From an uncultured bacterium (GTDB taxonomy: Bacteria > Sysuimicrobiota > Sysuimicrobiia > Sysuimicrobiales > Humicultoraceae): a stretch of 52,149 bases of DNA. The translations under genes and the position numbers were made by a program. The DNA is taken from the NCBI GenBank assembly GCA_964526945.1, contig CAZGNA010000002.1:1-52149 (forward strand), given 5' to 3'. Position 1 is the first letter of the stretch; each line of letters opens with the position of its first letter. The notes under the pieces are model-generated. The model was not told where the DNA came from and did not search any database. It was given only the letters and a program-made list of their open reading frames with translations. Positions 1 to 10,162 of this stretch are shown one piece after another.

Positions 1-39
1 GCCACCCCCCACGCCATCCGGGACGGAGGCCCCAGCGGG

Positions 40-3000
40 CTAAGCCGGCATGCGCCGGCGCGCCAGGCGTTCCAGCAGCTGCGCCGCCTGGCGCGTTGCC
101 GCGGCCACGTTGTCCAGCTTGATGGCCTCGTAGCCGCGGATGCGGTCGGGCAGCTGGGCGATCTCCACCGCCACCGGGTACGTCTCCGGGCTCAACTGGG
201 CGAGCGCCTGCTCCAGCAGCTCGCGGTACCACGCGATCAACCGGCGCTCCTCGCGGCGCACCCGGGCGTACCCGAAGGGATCTAACGGCGTGCCCCGCAG
301 CCGTCGCATCGCCCGCAACAGCCGCAGGACGGGCAGCACCCAGGGTCCCAGCGCGAGCTTGCGCCGGAGCCCGAGGGCGCGCAGCAGCGGCGGGTGGAAG
401 TGGAACACGAGTCGCCGGGGGTGGGCGACGAGGCGGGCGATCTGCGCGCGGAACGCCGGCGCCAGGTACAGCCGGGCCACCTCGTACTCGTCCTTGTAGG
501 CCATCAGCTTGAAGAGGTGGAAGATGACGGCTCGGGTGAGGGCGGTCCCGCCCGGCCGCACGGCCTGCTCGCGGGCGGCCACGCGCAGGACGACGTCGAC
601 GTATTGCTCGGCGTACCGCGGGTGCTGGTAGTCGATCAACTCGGCGATGCGGATCGCGAGCATCCGGCGCGACTCGGGATCGAGGTGCGCGCAGCGGTCC
701 AGCAGCGCGGTGTAGGCGGCAGCGGCGGGCGTCGTGCGGCCGTTCCGGCCGCCCAGGCGCGCCAGCGCCGCAGCCCGCTCCTCCTCGTAGGTCCGCGCCG
801 GTGGCTCGACCAGGCGCCGCACGCGTGCAGGCTCCGCCACGAACAGCCGGCCGTAGCGGAACGCCTGCAGGTTCTGCTCGACCTGCACGCCGTTCAGGCG
901 AATCGCCGCCTCGATGCTCCGGGCGGAGAGCGGCACGAGGCCGGCCTGGTAGGCCACCCCGACGACGAAGAAGTTCGTCATCATGTAGTCTCCGAAGAGC
1001 GCCTCCGCGTAGCGGCGGCCTTCGACCAACACGTTGTCCGCGGCGCGCGTCACCTGCGCGATGGACTGCACCATGGCCTCGGCGTCGACCGCAAGCCAGA
1101 CGTTGCGGACCATCTCGCCGCTGGGCAGGAGCGTCGTGTTCAGGACTGCCACGGTCCGCGCGGGATCGCAGCGGTCCAGGTTGCTGGGCGTGGCAGCGCC
1201 CATCAGGTCCAGACCGAGGTAGAGGTCCGCCTTGCCGGCCCCGACCTTGCTGGCGGCGACGCGCTGCCCCGGGCGCGCGAGCACCAGACTGGACAGCACC
1301 GGGCCCCACTTCTGCGCGGCGCCGGTCTGGTCGTACCCGATGACGTGCAGGCCGTCCATCAACCCCGCGAACGAGAGGACGTTGTTGACGGTGATCACCC
1401 CGGTGCCCCCCACGCCGGGAATGTAGATGTGGTAGGGGCGCTCCAGGCCCACCTTGTGCACGGGCTCGGCGATCGCCTCGGCCTCCAGCACCGGTGGCGT
1501 GGGCCTGCGCAGGCCCTCGCCCGGCCGCGTCTCCACCGTCACGAACGACGGGCAGTCGCCTCCCAGGCAGCGGTAGTCCTGGTTGCACGACGACTGGTGG
1601 ACCTGCGTCTTGGGCCCGAACTCGGTGTCGACCTTCTGGAGCGACATGCAGTTGGTCAGGGCCCCGCAGTGCCCGCAGTTCTCGCAGACGGCCTCGTTGA
1701 TCACGACGAACCGGTGCGGAGCGGGCAGAAGGCCGCGCTTCTGCTGGCGGCGCCGCTCGTTGGCGCACATCTCGTCGTAGATCAGGACCGTGGTGCCCTT
1801 GGTCTCCGAGAGTGTCCGCAGCGCCTGGTCGAAGGCATCCACCGGGTAGACCCGGGTGATCGGTGAGAGGCCGGCCCGGCGGTAGGCGCGCGGGCGCTTG
1901 GTGACCAGGGCGATGGCGCGGACGCCTTCCCGGGCCAGGAGCTGGGTGAGCGCGGGAATCGACCGCTGGCCCACGGGCGCCTGGGCGCCCGTGTTGGCCA
2001 CGGCGCCGTTGTAGAGGATCTTATAGGTGATGTTGGCCCCCACCGCCGCCGCAAACCGGATGGCGAGGTAGCCAGAGTGGAACAGGGAACCGTCGCCCAT
2101 GTTCTGGACCATGTGGGGCCGGTCGGTGAAGGGCTGCAGGCCGATCCAGGGCGCGCCCTCGCCGCCGTACTGCGTCATGGCCTCTATGCGCCGGTGCGGT
2201 TGCTCGATGACCGACGCGAACGCATGACACCCGGGGCTCCCCCACGCGACCTGCCCGTCCAGCAGCTGCGTCGTGACGTTGTGGGGACAGCCCGAGCAGT
2301 AGTTGGGCGTGCGCGCCGGATGCGCGGCGTACCGACGCGTGCGGATCGCAGCAAGGGCGTCCAGCCGACGGCGAATCCCAGCATGGGCGGGCGCGTACCG
2401 GAGCAGCCGCGGGCCCAGGCGTTCGGCGATGAGGTCGCTGTCCATCCCGCCATGGATGGGGAACAGGGGCGCCCCGGTCTCGTCGAACTTGCCGACGATG
2501 GTCACCGGACCGGGGAGCCCGGCGAGCGCCTCCTTCACCTGCGCCTCGAGGAATCCGCGTTTCTCCTCGATGACGATGATCTCGCGCAGGCCGGCGGCGA
2601 ACGCCCGGATGCGCTCACCGTCGACCGGGTAGATCAGGCCCACCCGGAGGAGGCGGATGCCCCACCGCCGCAGCTCCTCTTCGTCCAGGCCCATGTCCAG
2701 GAGTGCCTGCCAGGTGTCGGCGTGGCTCTTACCGGCCGTGATGATCCCCACGCGGTCCTCAGGGCCCGTGACCTCGACCACGTCCAGTCGGTTGGCACGC
2801 GCGTAGGCACGGACGGCCAGGTGCCGCTCGTAGTAGAGGTGGCGCTCGATCTCGATGTTGCGTGTGCCAAAGAACGAGAAGTCCGCCACCTTCTGGTAGG
2901 GGCGTCCGTCGATCTCCAGCGTCGGGGTCACGATCGCCGGCCGTCCGGGGGCGAGCTCCACCGTCTCGCCCCCGTCGCACAGGGCTCCCACGAGCTTGAG

Positions 3001-3603
3001 CGCCACCCAGCAGCCGCTGTAGCGGGACATGGCAATGGCGTGCAGCCCCAGCTCCAGGAACTCCCGGACCGAGGCCGGGTAGAGGATGGGAATGCCGGCA
3101 CTGACCAGCGCGTAGTCGTCCTGGAATGGGAACGACGAGCTCTTGGCCTCGTGGTCCTCGCCCACCAGGAGGACCACAGCGCCGTGCTGGCTGGTGCCGG
3201 CGAAGTTCCCGTGCTTGATGGCGTCGCCGCTGCGGTCCAGGCCAGGGCCCTTCCCGTACCAGAGCGCGACGACGCCGTCGTATCGGGACGAGGGGTAGCG
3301 GTCGAGCATCTGGGTGCCCATGATCGCCGTGGCGGCGAGGTCCTCGTTGGCGGCCGGTACGTGCACGATGTCGTGCTCTGCCAGCAGGTGGCGGATGCGC
3401 TGCAGGGCGAGGTCGTAGCCGGCCAGAGGGGCGCCCGGGTAGCCGCTGATGAAGGTCCCGATGCGCAGGCCGGCGGCGCGATCGCGCCGGTGCTGGTCGA
3501 GGGGGAGGCGCACGAGCGCCTGGATGCCCCGCAGGTAGACCCTGCCTTCCTCGAGCAGATACCGGTCGTCCAGGGAGATCTCACGCGTGGTCTGCACCGG
3601 CAT
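40..3603 (-). CDS. indolepyruvate:ferredoxin oxidoreductase family protein (fused alpha/beta, ~1190 aa)
   Basis: 1193-aa ORF. It has the N-terminal 'ISLDDRYLLEEGRVYLRGIQALVRLPLDQ', a TPP-type 'GDGSLFHSG', a Cys cluster 'CENCGHCG...CPSF' and a long IorB-like C-terminal half. ATG at 3603 is preferred over GTG at 3621. Confidence 0.85.
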   Translation of the reverse strand: MPVQTTREISLDDRYLLEEGRVYLRGIQALVRLPLDQHRRDRAAGLRIGTFISGYPGAPLAGYDLALQRIRHLLAEHDIVHVPAANEDLAATAIMGTQMLDRYPSSRYDGVVALWYGKGPGLDRSGDAIKHGNFAGTSQHGAVVLLVGEDHEAKSSSFPFQDDYALVSAGIPILYPASVREFLELGLHAIAMSRYSGCWVALKLVGALCDGGETVELAPGRPAIVTPTLEIDGRPYQKVADFSFFGTRNIEIERHLYYERHLAVRAYARANRLDVVEVTGPEDRVGIITAGKSHADTWQALLDMGLDEEELRRWGIRLLRVGLIYPVDGERIRAFAAGLREIIVIEEKRGFLEAQVKEALAGLPGPVTIVGKFDETGAPLFPIHGGMDSDLIAERLGPRLLRYAPAHAGIRRRLDALAAIRTRRYAAHPARTPNYCSGCPHNVTTQLLDGQVAWGSPGCHAFASVIEQPHRRIEAMTQYGGEGAPWIGLQPFTDRPHMVQNMGDGSLFHSGYLAIRFAAAVGANITYKILYNGAVANTGAQAPVGQRSIPALTQLLAREGVRAIALVTKRPRAYRRAGLSPITRVYPVDAFDQALRTLSETKGTTVLIYDEMCANERRRQQKRGLLPAPHRFVVINEAVCENCGHCGALTNCMSLQKVDTEFGPKTQVHQSSCNQDYRCLGGDCPSFVTVETRPGEGLRRPTPPVLEAEAIAEPVHKVGLERPYHIYIPGVGGTGVITVNNVLSFAGLMDGLHVIGYDQTGAAQKWGPVLSSLVLARPGQRVAASKVGAGKADLYLGLDLMGAATPSNLDRCDPARTVAVLNTTLLPSGEMVRNVWLAVDAEAMVQSIAQVTRAADNVLVEGRRYAEALFGDYMMTNFFVVGVAYQAGLVPLSARSIEAAIRLNGVQVEQNLQAFRYGRLFVAEPARVRRLVEPPARTYEEERAAALARLGGRNGRTTPAAAAYTALLDRCAHLDPESRRMLAIRIAELIDYQHPRYAEQYVDVVLRVAAREQAVRPGGTALTRAVIFHLFKLMAYKDEYEVARLYLAPAFRAQIARLVAHPRRLVFHFHPPLLRALGLRRKLALGPWVLPVLRLLRAMRRLRGTPLDPFGYARVRREERRLIAWYRELLEQALAQLSPETYPVAVEIAQLPDRIRGYEAIKLDNVAAATRQAAQLLERLARRRMPA

Positions 3604-3781
3604 GGTCCGTCCCCCCACCACCGTTGGCGCGCCCGGCTGAGCGCTCCTGGCTCCTCTCGGCTTACGTCACGGCCCGCAGCTTTCCTTCCACCCGCGTGCG
3701 CCGACGGGGACGGGAGTGCCGCGCGCCGGCGCAGGCGTCGGAGGAGTCTCCCGGGGCCACGCGGAATCGAGAGCCCCAAGC

Positions 3782-4567
3782 ATGCGGCGCCCCCACATCG
3801 TCGTCCGCGACGTGGCCAAGACCTACCAGACGCCCTCGGGTCCGGTGCGCGCGGTCGAGGCGGTGTCGTTCGAGGTCTACGAGCAGGAGTTCCTGACGAT
3901 CCTGGGGCCGAGCGGATGCGGGAAGTCCACCGTGCTGGGCATGCTGGGCGGGCTGGTCCGGCCCGATGCCGGCACGATTCTCATCGACGGGGTCGCCACC
4001 AACGGACCCGACCCCCGGGCGGTGGCCATGGTGTTCCAGGACCCGGGGCTCTTTCCCTGGCGCACGGCACTCCACAACGTCTGCTTCGGCCCCGAGGTGC
4101 GGGGGGTGCCGCGCCACGCGCGGGAGGCGGAGGCGCGCCGGCTGCTGGAAGCGGTGGGGCTCAAGGGGTTCGAGCACAAGTATCCCCGCGAGCTATCCGG
4201 GGGTATGCGGCAGCGGGTGGCCATTGCGCGCGCGCTGGCGCTGGGGAGCCCGATCCTGCTCATGGACGAGCCGTTCGGAGCGCTGGACGAGCAGACGCGC
4301 CTGTTGATGGGGGAGTGGCTCGGCGAGATTCGCGCCCGGGCCCGGAAGACCATCGTCTTCGTCACCCACAGCATCCAGGAGGCGATCACGCTGTCGGACC
4401 GCATCGTGGTCATGACGGCCCGCCCGGGCCGCATCAAGGATGTGGTGCCGGTCGCCCTGCCGTTCCCCCGCGACCTGAGCGCGCCCGACGCCGTGGCGCT
4501 CCGCGCCCGGCTGTGGCACCAGATCCGGGAGGAGTCCATGCGGGCCATGACCGAGGGGCAGGGATGA
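3782..4567 (+). CDS. ABC transporter ATP-binding protein (NitT/TauT nitrate/sulfonate/taurine family)
   Basis: Walker A 'GPSGCGKST', signature 'LSGGMRQR', Walker B 'ILLMDEPF'. Internal ATG 3782 (MRRPHIVVRDV) fits family length. The stop overlaps the next start (ATGA at 4564). Confidence 0.9.
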   Translation: MRRPHIVVRDVAKTYQTPSGPVRAVEAVSFEVYEQEFLTILGPSGCGKSTVLGMLGGLVRPDAGTILIDGVATNGPDPRAVAMVFQDPGLFPWRTALHNVCFGPEVRGVPRHAREAEARRLLEAVGLKGFEHKYPRELSGGMRQRVAIARALALGSPILLMDEPFGALDEQTRLLMGEWLGEIRARARKTIVFVTHSIQEAITLSDRIVVMTARPGRIKDVVPVALPFPRDLSAPDAVALRARLWHQIREESMRAMTEGQG

Positions 4568-5310
4568 GGCTCCTGCTGTGGCGGGCGGCGTTCCTGGCAG
4601 CGGCCCTGGGGACCTGGGAACTGATCGCCCGGCCCCTGAACCCGGTGCTGTACGTGGCGCCGTCTGCCCTGCCCGGTGCCGTGGTACGGCTGCTCTCGCA
4701 GCCCGACCTGCCACCGTTGCTCGAGCACCTGGGCATCACCCTGCGCACCATCGCCGCCGCCTACGCGCTGGCGGTGGCCGTGGGCCTGACGCTGGGCTTC
4801 CTGATGGGCTTCTGGCCGCTGCTGGCGCGGGCGTACGAGCCGATCCTCGCAGGGCTGTATGCGGTGCCCAGCGTGGTCTGGTATCCGTCGCTGATGTTGC
4901 TGTTCGGGCTGGGGCCCGCCTCCAAGGTGGCGTTCGGCTTCCTGCTGGGGTTCTTCCCCGTGGTGCTGGCTGTGCTGGCCGGCATGCAGCAGACCGACCG
5001 CCACCTGGTCACGGTGGCCCGGTCGATGGGCGCCAGCCCGTGGGTGATCTACTGGAAGGTCATGCTGCCGGCCATGGCGGGCACGCTGGCCAGCGGCCTC
5101 CGGTCGGGGCTGGCGTTGTGCACCGTGGGGGTGCTCGCGGGAGAACTGCTGGGATCCCGCGCCGGCATCGGCTTTCTGATCAACCACGTCTACAACCTGC
5201 TGCGGACGCCAGAGTACGTGGCCCTCGCAGTCCTCATGGCGGCGGTGGTCGTGGTCATCGACGTGGCGGCGGGGCGCATCGAAGCCCGGGCGAAACAATG
5301 GAGCGGGTGA
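4564..5310 (+). CDS. ABC transporter permease (NitT/TauT family)
   Basis: Only the last 248 codons of ORF 2077..5310 look real. They are hydrophobic multi-TM with the conserved loop 'ARSMGASPWVIYWKVMLPAMAG'. ATG 4564 overlaps the upstream stop. Confidence 0.85.
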   Translation: MRLLLWRAAFLAAALGTWELIARPLNPVLYVAPSALPGAVVRLLSQPDLPPLLEHLGITLRTIAAAYALAVAVGLTLGFLMGFWPLLARAYEPILAGLYAVPSVVWYPSLMLLFGLGPASKVAFGFLLGFFPVVLAVLAGMQQTDRHLVTVARSMGASPWVIYWKVMLPAMAGTLASGLRSGLALCTVGVLAGELLGSRAGIGFLINHVYNLLRTPEYVALAVLMAAVVVVIDVAAGRIEARAKQWSG

Positions 5311-6041
5311 CGGTGCGCGTGCTGCAGGGCGCCACGCTGGCCGCCATCGGTCTCGTCTGGGAAGCGGCCAGCCGCCGCGGCGTGCTGGACCCGCTGTTCG
5401 TCCCGCCGCCGAGCGCCGTGGCGGCGGCGCTGGGGCCCGTCGCCGCGCTGGCGCTGCCCCGGCTGGGCGAGACCCTGCTGAAGACCCTGGGTGGCTACCT
5501 GCTGGCCGTGGTGTGCGGTGTGGGCCTGGGCCTGGTGGTGGGGTCGACGCGCACGCCGCGCGAGGTCGTCATGCCCTACGTCATGGCGCTCTACAGCCTC
5601 CCCAAGATCCTGCTCGTGCCATGGATCGTCCTCATCCTGGGCGTCCGCCCGCAGGCGGCTGTGATCGGCGGCGCGCTCTTCGCGTTCTTCCCCATCATGG
5701 TGCAGGTGGTGGGCGCCGTCCGCGACGTGGAGGCGATCCTGCTCACCGTGGCCCGGTCCATGGGCGCCACGCGGTGGCAACTCTACGGCAAGGTGATCGT
5801 CCCGGCGGCGCTCCCGGCGATCCTGGCCAGCCTGCGCGTGGGCGCCGTCTTCGCCTTCGTGGGCGTGCTGTTGACGGAGATGTTCGCGGGGATCCGCGGC
5901 ATGGGCTTTCTCATGCAGCAGCTGGCCCTGGCGTTCAACGCGCCGCAGCTGTTTGCCGCCACGGCCATCATCTCCGTGTTCTCCGTGGCGGCGGTGTTGT
6001 GGCTCGAACACTGGAACCGCCGTCTGGGGGCGTGGCGGTGA
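5298..6041 (+). CDS. ABC transporter permease (second subunit, NitT/TauT family)
   Basis: Tail of ORF 4578..6041, a paralog of the previous permease ('ARSMGATRWQLYGKVIVPAALP'). ATG 5298 overlaps the previous gene by 13 nt. Confidence 0.85.
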   Translation: MERVTVRVLQGATLAAIGLVWEAASRRGVLDPLFVPPPSAVAAALGPVAALALPRLGETLLKTLGGYLLAVVCGVGLGLVVGSTRTPREVVMPYVMALYSLPKILLVPWIVLILGVRPQAAVIGGALFAFFPIMVQVVGAVRDVEAILLTVARSMGATRWQLYGKVIVPAALPAILASLRVGAVFAFVGVLLTEMFAGIRGMGFLMQQLALAFNAPQLFAATAIISVFSVAAVLWLEHWNRRLGAWR

Positions 6042-6068
6042 CGCCAATCGCATCGAGGGGGTGGAGCG

Positions 6069-7061
6069 ATGAGCATGTGGACACGACGAGGGTTCCTCGG
6101 GCGGGTGGGGACCGCGCTGGCGGCGGCCGCGGCCGCACCGTGGCTGCGCATCGGCGTCGCCTGGAGCCAGCAGGCCGTCCCCTTCAAGCTCGGCCCGGTG
6201 GTGTTGGGCGATCTCGCGATCATGGCTCCTGTCCTCGTGGGGGTGGAGAAGGGGTTCTTCCGTGAGGCGGGCATCGCGCCCGAGGTGATCACCTTCACCG
6301 GCGGCCCGCCGCTCCTGCGCGGCGTGCTGGCGGGGACCGTCGACCTCGGGCTCACGGGCGCCACCGATGCGCTGGTGTTCCGGGCGCAGGGGGCACCGAT
6401 CCGGGCCGTGGCCGTGATCACCGAGAAGAACCACTTCACCCTCATCGCCGCGCCGGGGATCGCCCGCGTGGCGGACCTCAAGGGGAAGGCCATCGGTGTG
6501 ACGGCGGTGGGGGCGACCACCTGGGTGTTCGCCCGGATGCTGGCCAAGCAGCAGGGGTGGGATCCGGTGCGCGACGTGCGCATCGTGGGCCTCGGCGGCC
6601 TGGATGCGCAGATGGCGGCGTTGCGGCGCGGGGAGATCCAGGCGTTCATCTTCGGCGACGCCGGGGCCCTGGCCGAGCACCTGGGGGTGGGGAAGATCCT
6701 CCTGCGCCTTGACGAGGTCACGCCGAAGTGGATCAGCGAGCTCGCCTACACCACCAGCGACGTGATCCGCAAGCGGAAGGACGACCTGCGCAAGCTCCTG
6801 CAAGGGTACTTCAGGGCCCAGCGGTTCTGTCGCGACAACCCCGACGAGACGATCCGGATTGCGGCCAAGGGCATCGGGTGGCCGGAGCCGGCTACCCGGC
6901 GCGCCTACGAGAACACGCGCCCGCTGTGGTCGATCGACGGCCGTTTCGACCTCGAGGCGCTGAAGTTCATGCAGGAGACGCTGCTGGAGCTCGGCGTGCT
7001 GACGGTGCGCTGGCCGCTGTCGGATCACTACACCGCGGAGTTCGTGCCGGTCAAGGTCTGA
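6069..7061 (+). CDS. ABC transporter substrate-binding protein (NMT1/THI5-like) with twin-arginine signal
   Basis: 330-aa ORF with N-terminal 'TRRGFLGRVGTALAAAAAAPW' (Tat-type signal). The periplasmic binding-protein-like body follows the two permeases. Confidence 0.8.
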   Translation: MSMWTRRGFLGRVGTALAAAAAAPWLRIGVAWSQQAVPFKLGPVVLGDLAIMAPVLVGVEKGFFREAGIAPEVITFTGGPPLLRGVLAGTVDLGLTGATDALVFRAQGAPIRAVAVITEKNHFTLIAAPGIARVADLKGKAIGVTAVGATTWVFARMLAKQQGWDPVRDVRIVGLGGLDAQMAALRRGEIQAFIFGDAGALAEHLGVGKILLRLDEVTPKWISELAYTTSDVIRKRKDDLRKLLQGYFRAQRFCRDNPDETIRIAAKGIGWPEPATRRAYENTRPLWSIDGRFDLEALKFMQETLLELGVLTVRWPLSDHYTAEFVPVKV

Positions 7062-7066
7062 GCGCC

Positions 7067-7909
7067 ATGCCGTTCCTCGAGGTCGAGCCCGGGGTCCGCC
7101 TCTACTACGAGGCGTTCGGAGCGGGCCACCCCGTGGTGTTCGTACACGGCGGGGCCATGAGCCACGAGATGTGGGAACAGCAGGTCTACGCGCTGGCCGA
7201 CCGCTACCGCACGGTGGCGTACGACCTCCGGGGCCATGGACAGAGCGACAAGCCGGCGGCGGGCCACACCATCGCGCGGTTCGTGGACGACCTCGCGGCC
7301 CTGGTGGAGGCCCTCGAGCTGCAGGGCTGCACGCTGGTCTGTCACGGTATCGGCGGGTACGTGGGCGTGCAGTTCGCGGTGCAGGCGCCCCGGCTGGCCC
7401 GCCTGGTGCTGGTCAGCACGGGTACCCGCCTGGTGGGCGACGCGGAGGAGGTCGGGTTTGCACCCACGCTGTGGGCCGACTACGTGCAGGGGATGGCGGT
7501 CAACAAGGTGGAGGCGTCGGCCAGGCTGCTGGAGACCTTCTTCCACCGGGATCCGGGGGAGGCCACGCGCCATGCGCTGCTGGCTGTCATGCTCCAGTGG
7601 CCGGCCTACGCCATGAAGCTGCTGGCGCGCGACCTGGAGACCGTGAACCTCGACGCAATGTTGCCGGCAGTGAGGGTGCCCACGCTGGTGCTGCATGGCG
7701 TGCACGATCGCAAGCAACGCTACGGCGGTGCACTGGCGCTGGCCCGCCGCATCCCCGGCGCGCGCCTGGTGCCCTTCCACGACAGCGGGCACAACCCGCA
7801 GCTGGAGGAGGCAGAACGGTTCAACCGGGTGCTGGTGGAGTTCATCGAGGAGACGACCAGGGCCGGGAGGCCGATCGCCGGCCTCCCGGCCGCCCCACCG
7901 GCGAGCTGA
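7067..7909 (+). CDS. alpha/beta-fold hydrolase family protein (nucleophile elbow reads HGIGG, not HSxGG)
   Basis: Tail of ORF 6728..7909. Motifs: 'VVFVHGGAMSHEMW', 'YDLRGHGQSD', elbow 'LVCHGIGGYVG', late 'LHGVHDR' and 'DSGHNPQLE'. Confidence 0.8.
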   Translation: MPFLEVEPGVRLYYEAFGAGHPVVFVHGGAMSHEMWEQQVYALADRYRTVAYDLRGHGQSDKPAAGHTIARFVDDLAALVEALELQGCTLVCHGIGGYVGVQFAVQAPRLARLVLVSTGTRLVGDAEEVGFAPTLWADYVQGMAVNKVEASARLLETFFHRDPGEATRHALLAVMLQWPAYAMKLLARDLETVNLDAMLPAVRVPTLVLHGVHDRKQRYGGALALARRIPGARLVPFHDSGHNPQLEEAERFNRVLVEFIEETTRAGRPIAGLPAAPPAS

Positions 7910-7921
7910 CCGAGCCGACGC

Positions 7922-8815
7922 CTAGCGCCGCGGCACCAGGGCGAGCGGACGCACCGGGCTGCCGGTGCCCCCCTCGACCTTCATCGGCAAGACCACGAGC
8001 ACGGCTCCCGTGGCGGGCAACCGGTCGAGGTTGAACAGCGACGTCAGGCCGTACTTGCCGGCTCCGTGCATGATGGCGTGGTTGGGAAACGGCGGGTTCT
8101 CCTTGAACGCCTGCCCGGCATCGGTGCCGATGGTCTCCACGCCGACGCCCACGATGTCCCGTTCCGTGACCAGGAAGCGCGCGCCGGAGGCTCCCATCCC
8201 CGGCGTGTGCGGTCCGTCCGGTCCGACGTTGAAGTAGGCTTTGGGGTCCGCGTACTTCTTGGACCAGCCAGTGCGCAGCAGGACCCATGCGCCCTTGGGG
8301 ATGCGTCCCCAGCGGCGCTCCCAGGTCAGCAGCGTCTCCCTGGTGACGACGAAGTCGGGGTTGGCCGCAGCTTCCCGCGTGATGTCGACGACGGCGATGG
8401 GACCGACCAGGGTGCGGGGGTCGAGTCGGTGAAGGCAGGGCTTGTCCTTGCCGGTGACCCAGTGACACGGCGCGTCGAAGTGCGTGCCGACGTGCTCGCC
8501 GACCTCGTACCAGTACCAGGTCCAGGCCGGTCCCTTCTCGTCGAAGGCCGAGATCACGTGCTTCTTGAACCCCGGCGTATTGGCAAACGGCGGCGGCAGC
8601 TGGATGACCGGCGTACTCTCCTTCAACGTCCCGCCCAACTCCACGACGTCGATGCGGCCGTCGCTCAGGGCCGCCAGCAACTCGCCCAGCACGGCCCCGC
8701 CCCGCGCCCTGCGGGCGGCATCCGCCGCCGACACGGCGCTCACCGCAACCAGCGCGGTGGCCAGCATACCGGCCACCCACACTCCCAGCGCCATCCTCCT
8801 CGTGTGTCTGCGCAT
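7922..8815 (-). CDS. cyclase family protein (kynurenine-formamidase-like fold), secreted or membrane-anchored
   Basis: Tail of ORF 7922..9472 starting at MRRHTRRMALGVWVAGMLATALVAVSA (signal-like). It carries the 'HVGTHFDAPCHW' metal motif typical of the putative-cyclase family. Confidence 0.75.
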   Translation of the reverse strand: MRRHTRRMALGVWVAGMLATALVAVSAVSAADAARRARGGAVLGELLAALSDGRIDVVELGGTLKESTPVIQLPPPFANTPGFKKHVISAFDEKGPAWTWYWYEVGEHVGTHFDAPCHWVTGKDKPCLHRLDPRTLVGPIAVVDITREAAANPDFVVTRETLLTWERRWGRIPKGAWVLLRTGWSKKYADPKAYFNVGPDGPHTPGMGASGARFLVTERDIVGVGVETIGTDAGQAFKENPPFPNHAIMHGAGKYGLTSLFNLDRLPATGAVLVVLPMKVEGGTGSPVRPLALVPRR

Positions 8816-9014
8816 CGTCGCACCCCCCCTTGTGCGGGACGCTATTCGCCCACGGCGGGCCGGCTCCTGTGCGCGAGCGCCGGGTCGGACCGCAGGGCAC
8901 TGGCTGCCGCCGCGCCGTCTGGCGCCCGTGTAGCCGGCGCAGCGCCCCGATGCTAGACTGAAACCGACAGCGTGGTGCGATGGTTCGTCACCGGCCCGCG
9001 CCAGGAGGCAGCGC

Positions 9015-10127
9015 ATGTTCGGTCGCCAGTCCGGTCCCACCCGGGAGCAGGTGCTCGAGGCCCTGCGCGACGTGCAGGACCCCGAGCTGCACAAGAGCAT
9101 CGTCGAGCTCGACATGGTGCGGGAGGTGGCCGTCCGCGACGGCGTGGTGCGGGTCGAGGCCCTGCTGACCATCAGCGGCTGTCCGCTCCGGGAGACGATC
9201 GTCGACGCCATCCGCGATCGCGTGCGCGGCCTGCCGGGAGTGCGGGACGTCGAGGTGCACCTGGGGGTCATGACGCAGGAGCAGCGGCAGGCCCTGATCG
9301 CCCGGCTGCACGGGGGGGCAGGCGCCGGGCAGCGCCGGTCGTCGTTCCTGACGCCGGAAGCCCCCACCCGCGTCGTGGCCGTGGCCAGCGGCAAGGGCGG
9401 GGTCGGCAAGTCGACGATCACCGTGAACCTGGCCGTGGCGCTGGCCGACGCCGGCCGCGTCGTGGGCATCATCGATGCCGACGTCTACGGCTTCTCCATC
9501 CCGCGCATGCTGGGGGTCGCGGGCAGGCCCACCGCCATCGACCAGATGCTGATCCCGCTGGAGCGGGACGGCATCCGCGTCATGTCCATCGGCTTCCTGC
9601 TGCCCGGCGAGGACGAAGCGGTGATCTGGCGCGGGCCGATGCTGCACAAGGCGCTGGTCACGTTCATCCAGGAAGTGCACTGGGGCGACGACCTGGAGTA
9701 CCTGTTCATCGACCTGCCGCCGGGCACGGGCGACGTGTCGCTGTCGATCGCCCAGACCCTGCCCCAGGCCGCGATGCTGATCGTCACGACCCCGCAGCCG
9801 GCCGCGGCCAGCGTGGCGATGCGGGCCGCGAAGATGGCCGAGAAGGTCAACATGGACGTGGTGGGCGTCATCGAGAACATGGCGGGCTTCGTCCCGGCGC
9901 CGGGGGCCGCGCCCATCGACGTCTTCGGCCGCGGTGGGGGCCTGCGTCTGGCCGAGCAGCTGGGTGTGCCGCTGCTCGGCGAGATCCCCCTGGACGTGGC
10001 GGTGCGCGAGGGCGGCGACATCGGCGCACCGGTGGTGCGCAGCCGGCCCGATAGTCCGGCCGCGCAGGCGCTGCGCGAGGCCGCCCGGCGGCTGGCCGAC
10101 CGGCTGCCCGTGGCCACCCGCGCGTAG
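9015..10127 (+). CDS. mrp: Mrp/NBP35/ApbC-type Fe-S cluster carrier ATPase with N-terminal DUF59/MIP18 domain
   Basis: AGGAGG sits 6 nt upstream of the ATG. N-terminal 'VQDPELHKSIVELDMV', deviant Walker A 'ASGKGGVGKST', C-terminal 'ENMAGF'. Confidence 0.9.
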   Translation: MFGRQSGPTREQVLEALRDVQDPELHKSIVELDMVREVAVRDGVVRVEALLTISGCPLRETIVDAIRDRVRGLPGVRDVEVHLGVMTQEQRQALIARLHGGAGAGQRRSSFLTPEAPTRVVAVASGKGGVGKSTITVNLAVALADAGRVVGIIDADVYGFSIPRMLGVAGRPTAIDQMLIPLERDGIRVMSIGFLLPGEDEAVIWRGPMLHKALVTFIQEVHWGDDLEYLFIDLPPGTGDVSLSIAQTLPQAAMLIVTTPQPAAASVAMRAAKMAEKVNMDVVGVIENMAGFVPAPGAAPIDVFGRGGGLRLAEQLGVPLLGEIPLDVAVREGGDIGAPVVRSRPDSPAAQALREAARRLADRLPVATRA

Positions 10128-10162
10128 CGCCGTCCGGCGAGCCGCAGGAGGGGTGCACGGCG

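Noticed and set aside
2077-4563. N-terminal ~830 codons of the 1077-aa plus-strand ORF 2077..5310
   Set aside because: This part is antisense to the indolepyruvate oxidoreductase gene and out of frame across the ABC ATPase. Only the C-terminal 248 codons (permease, from ATG 4564) look real.
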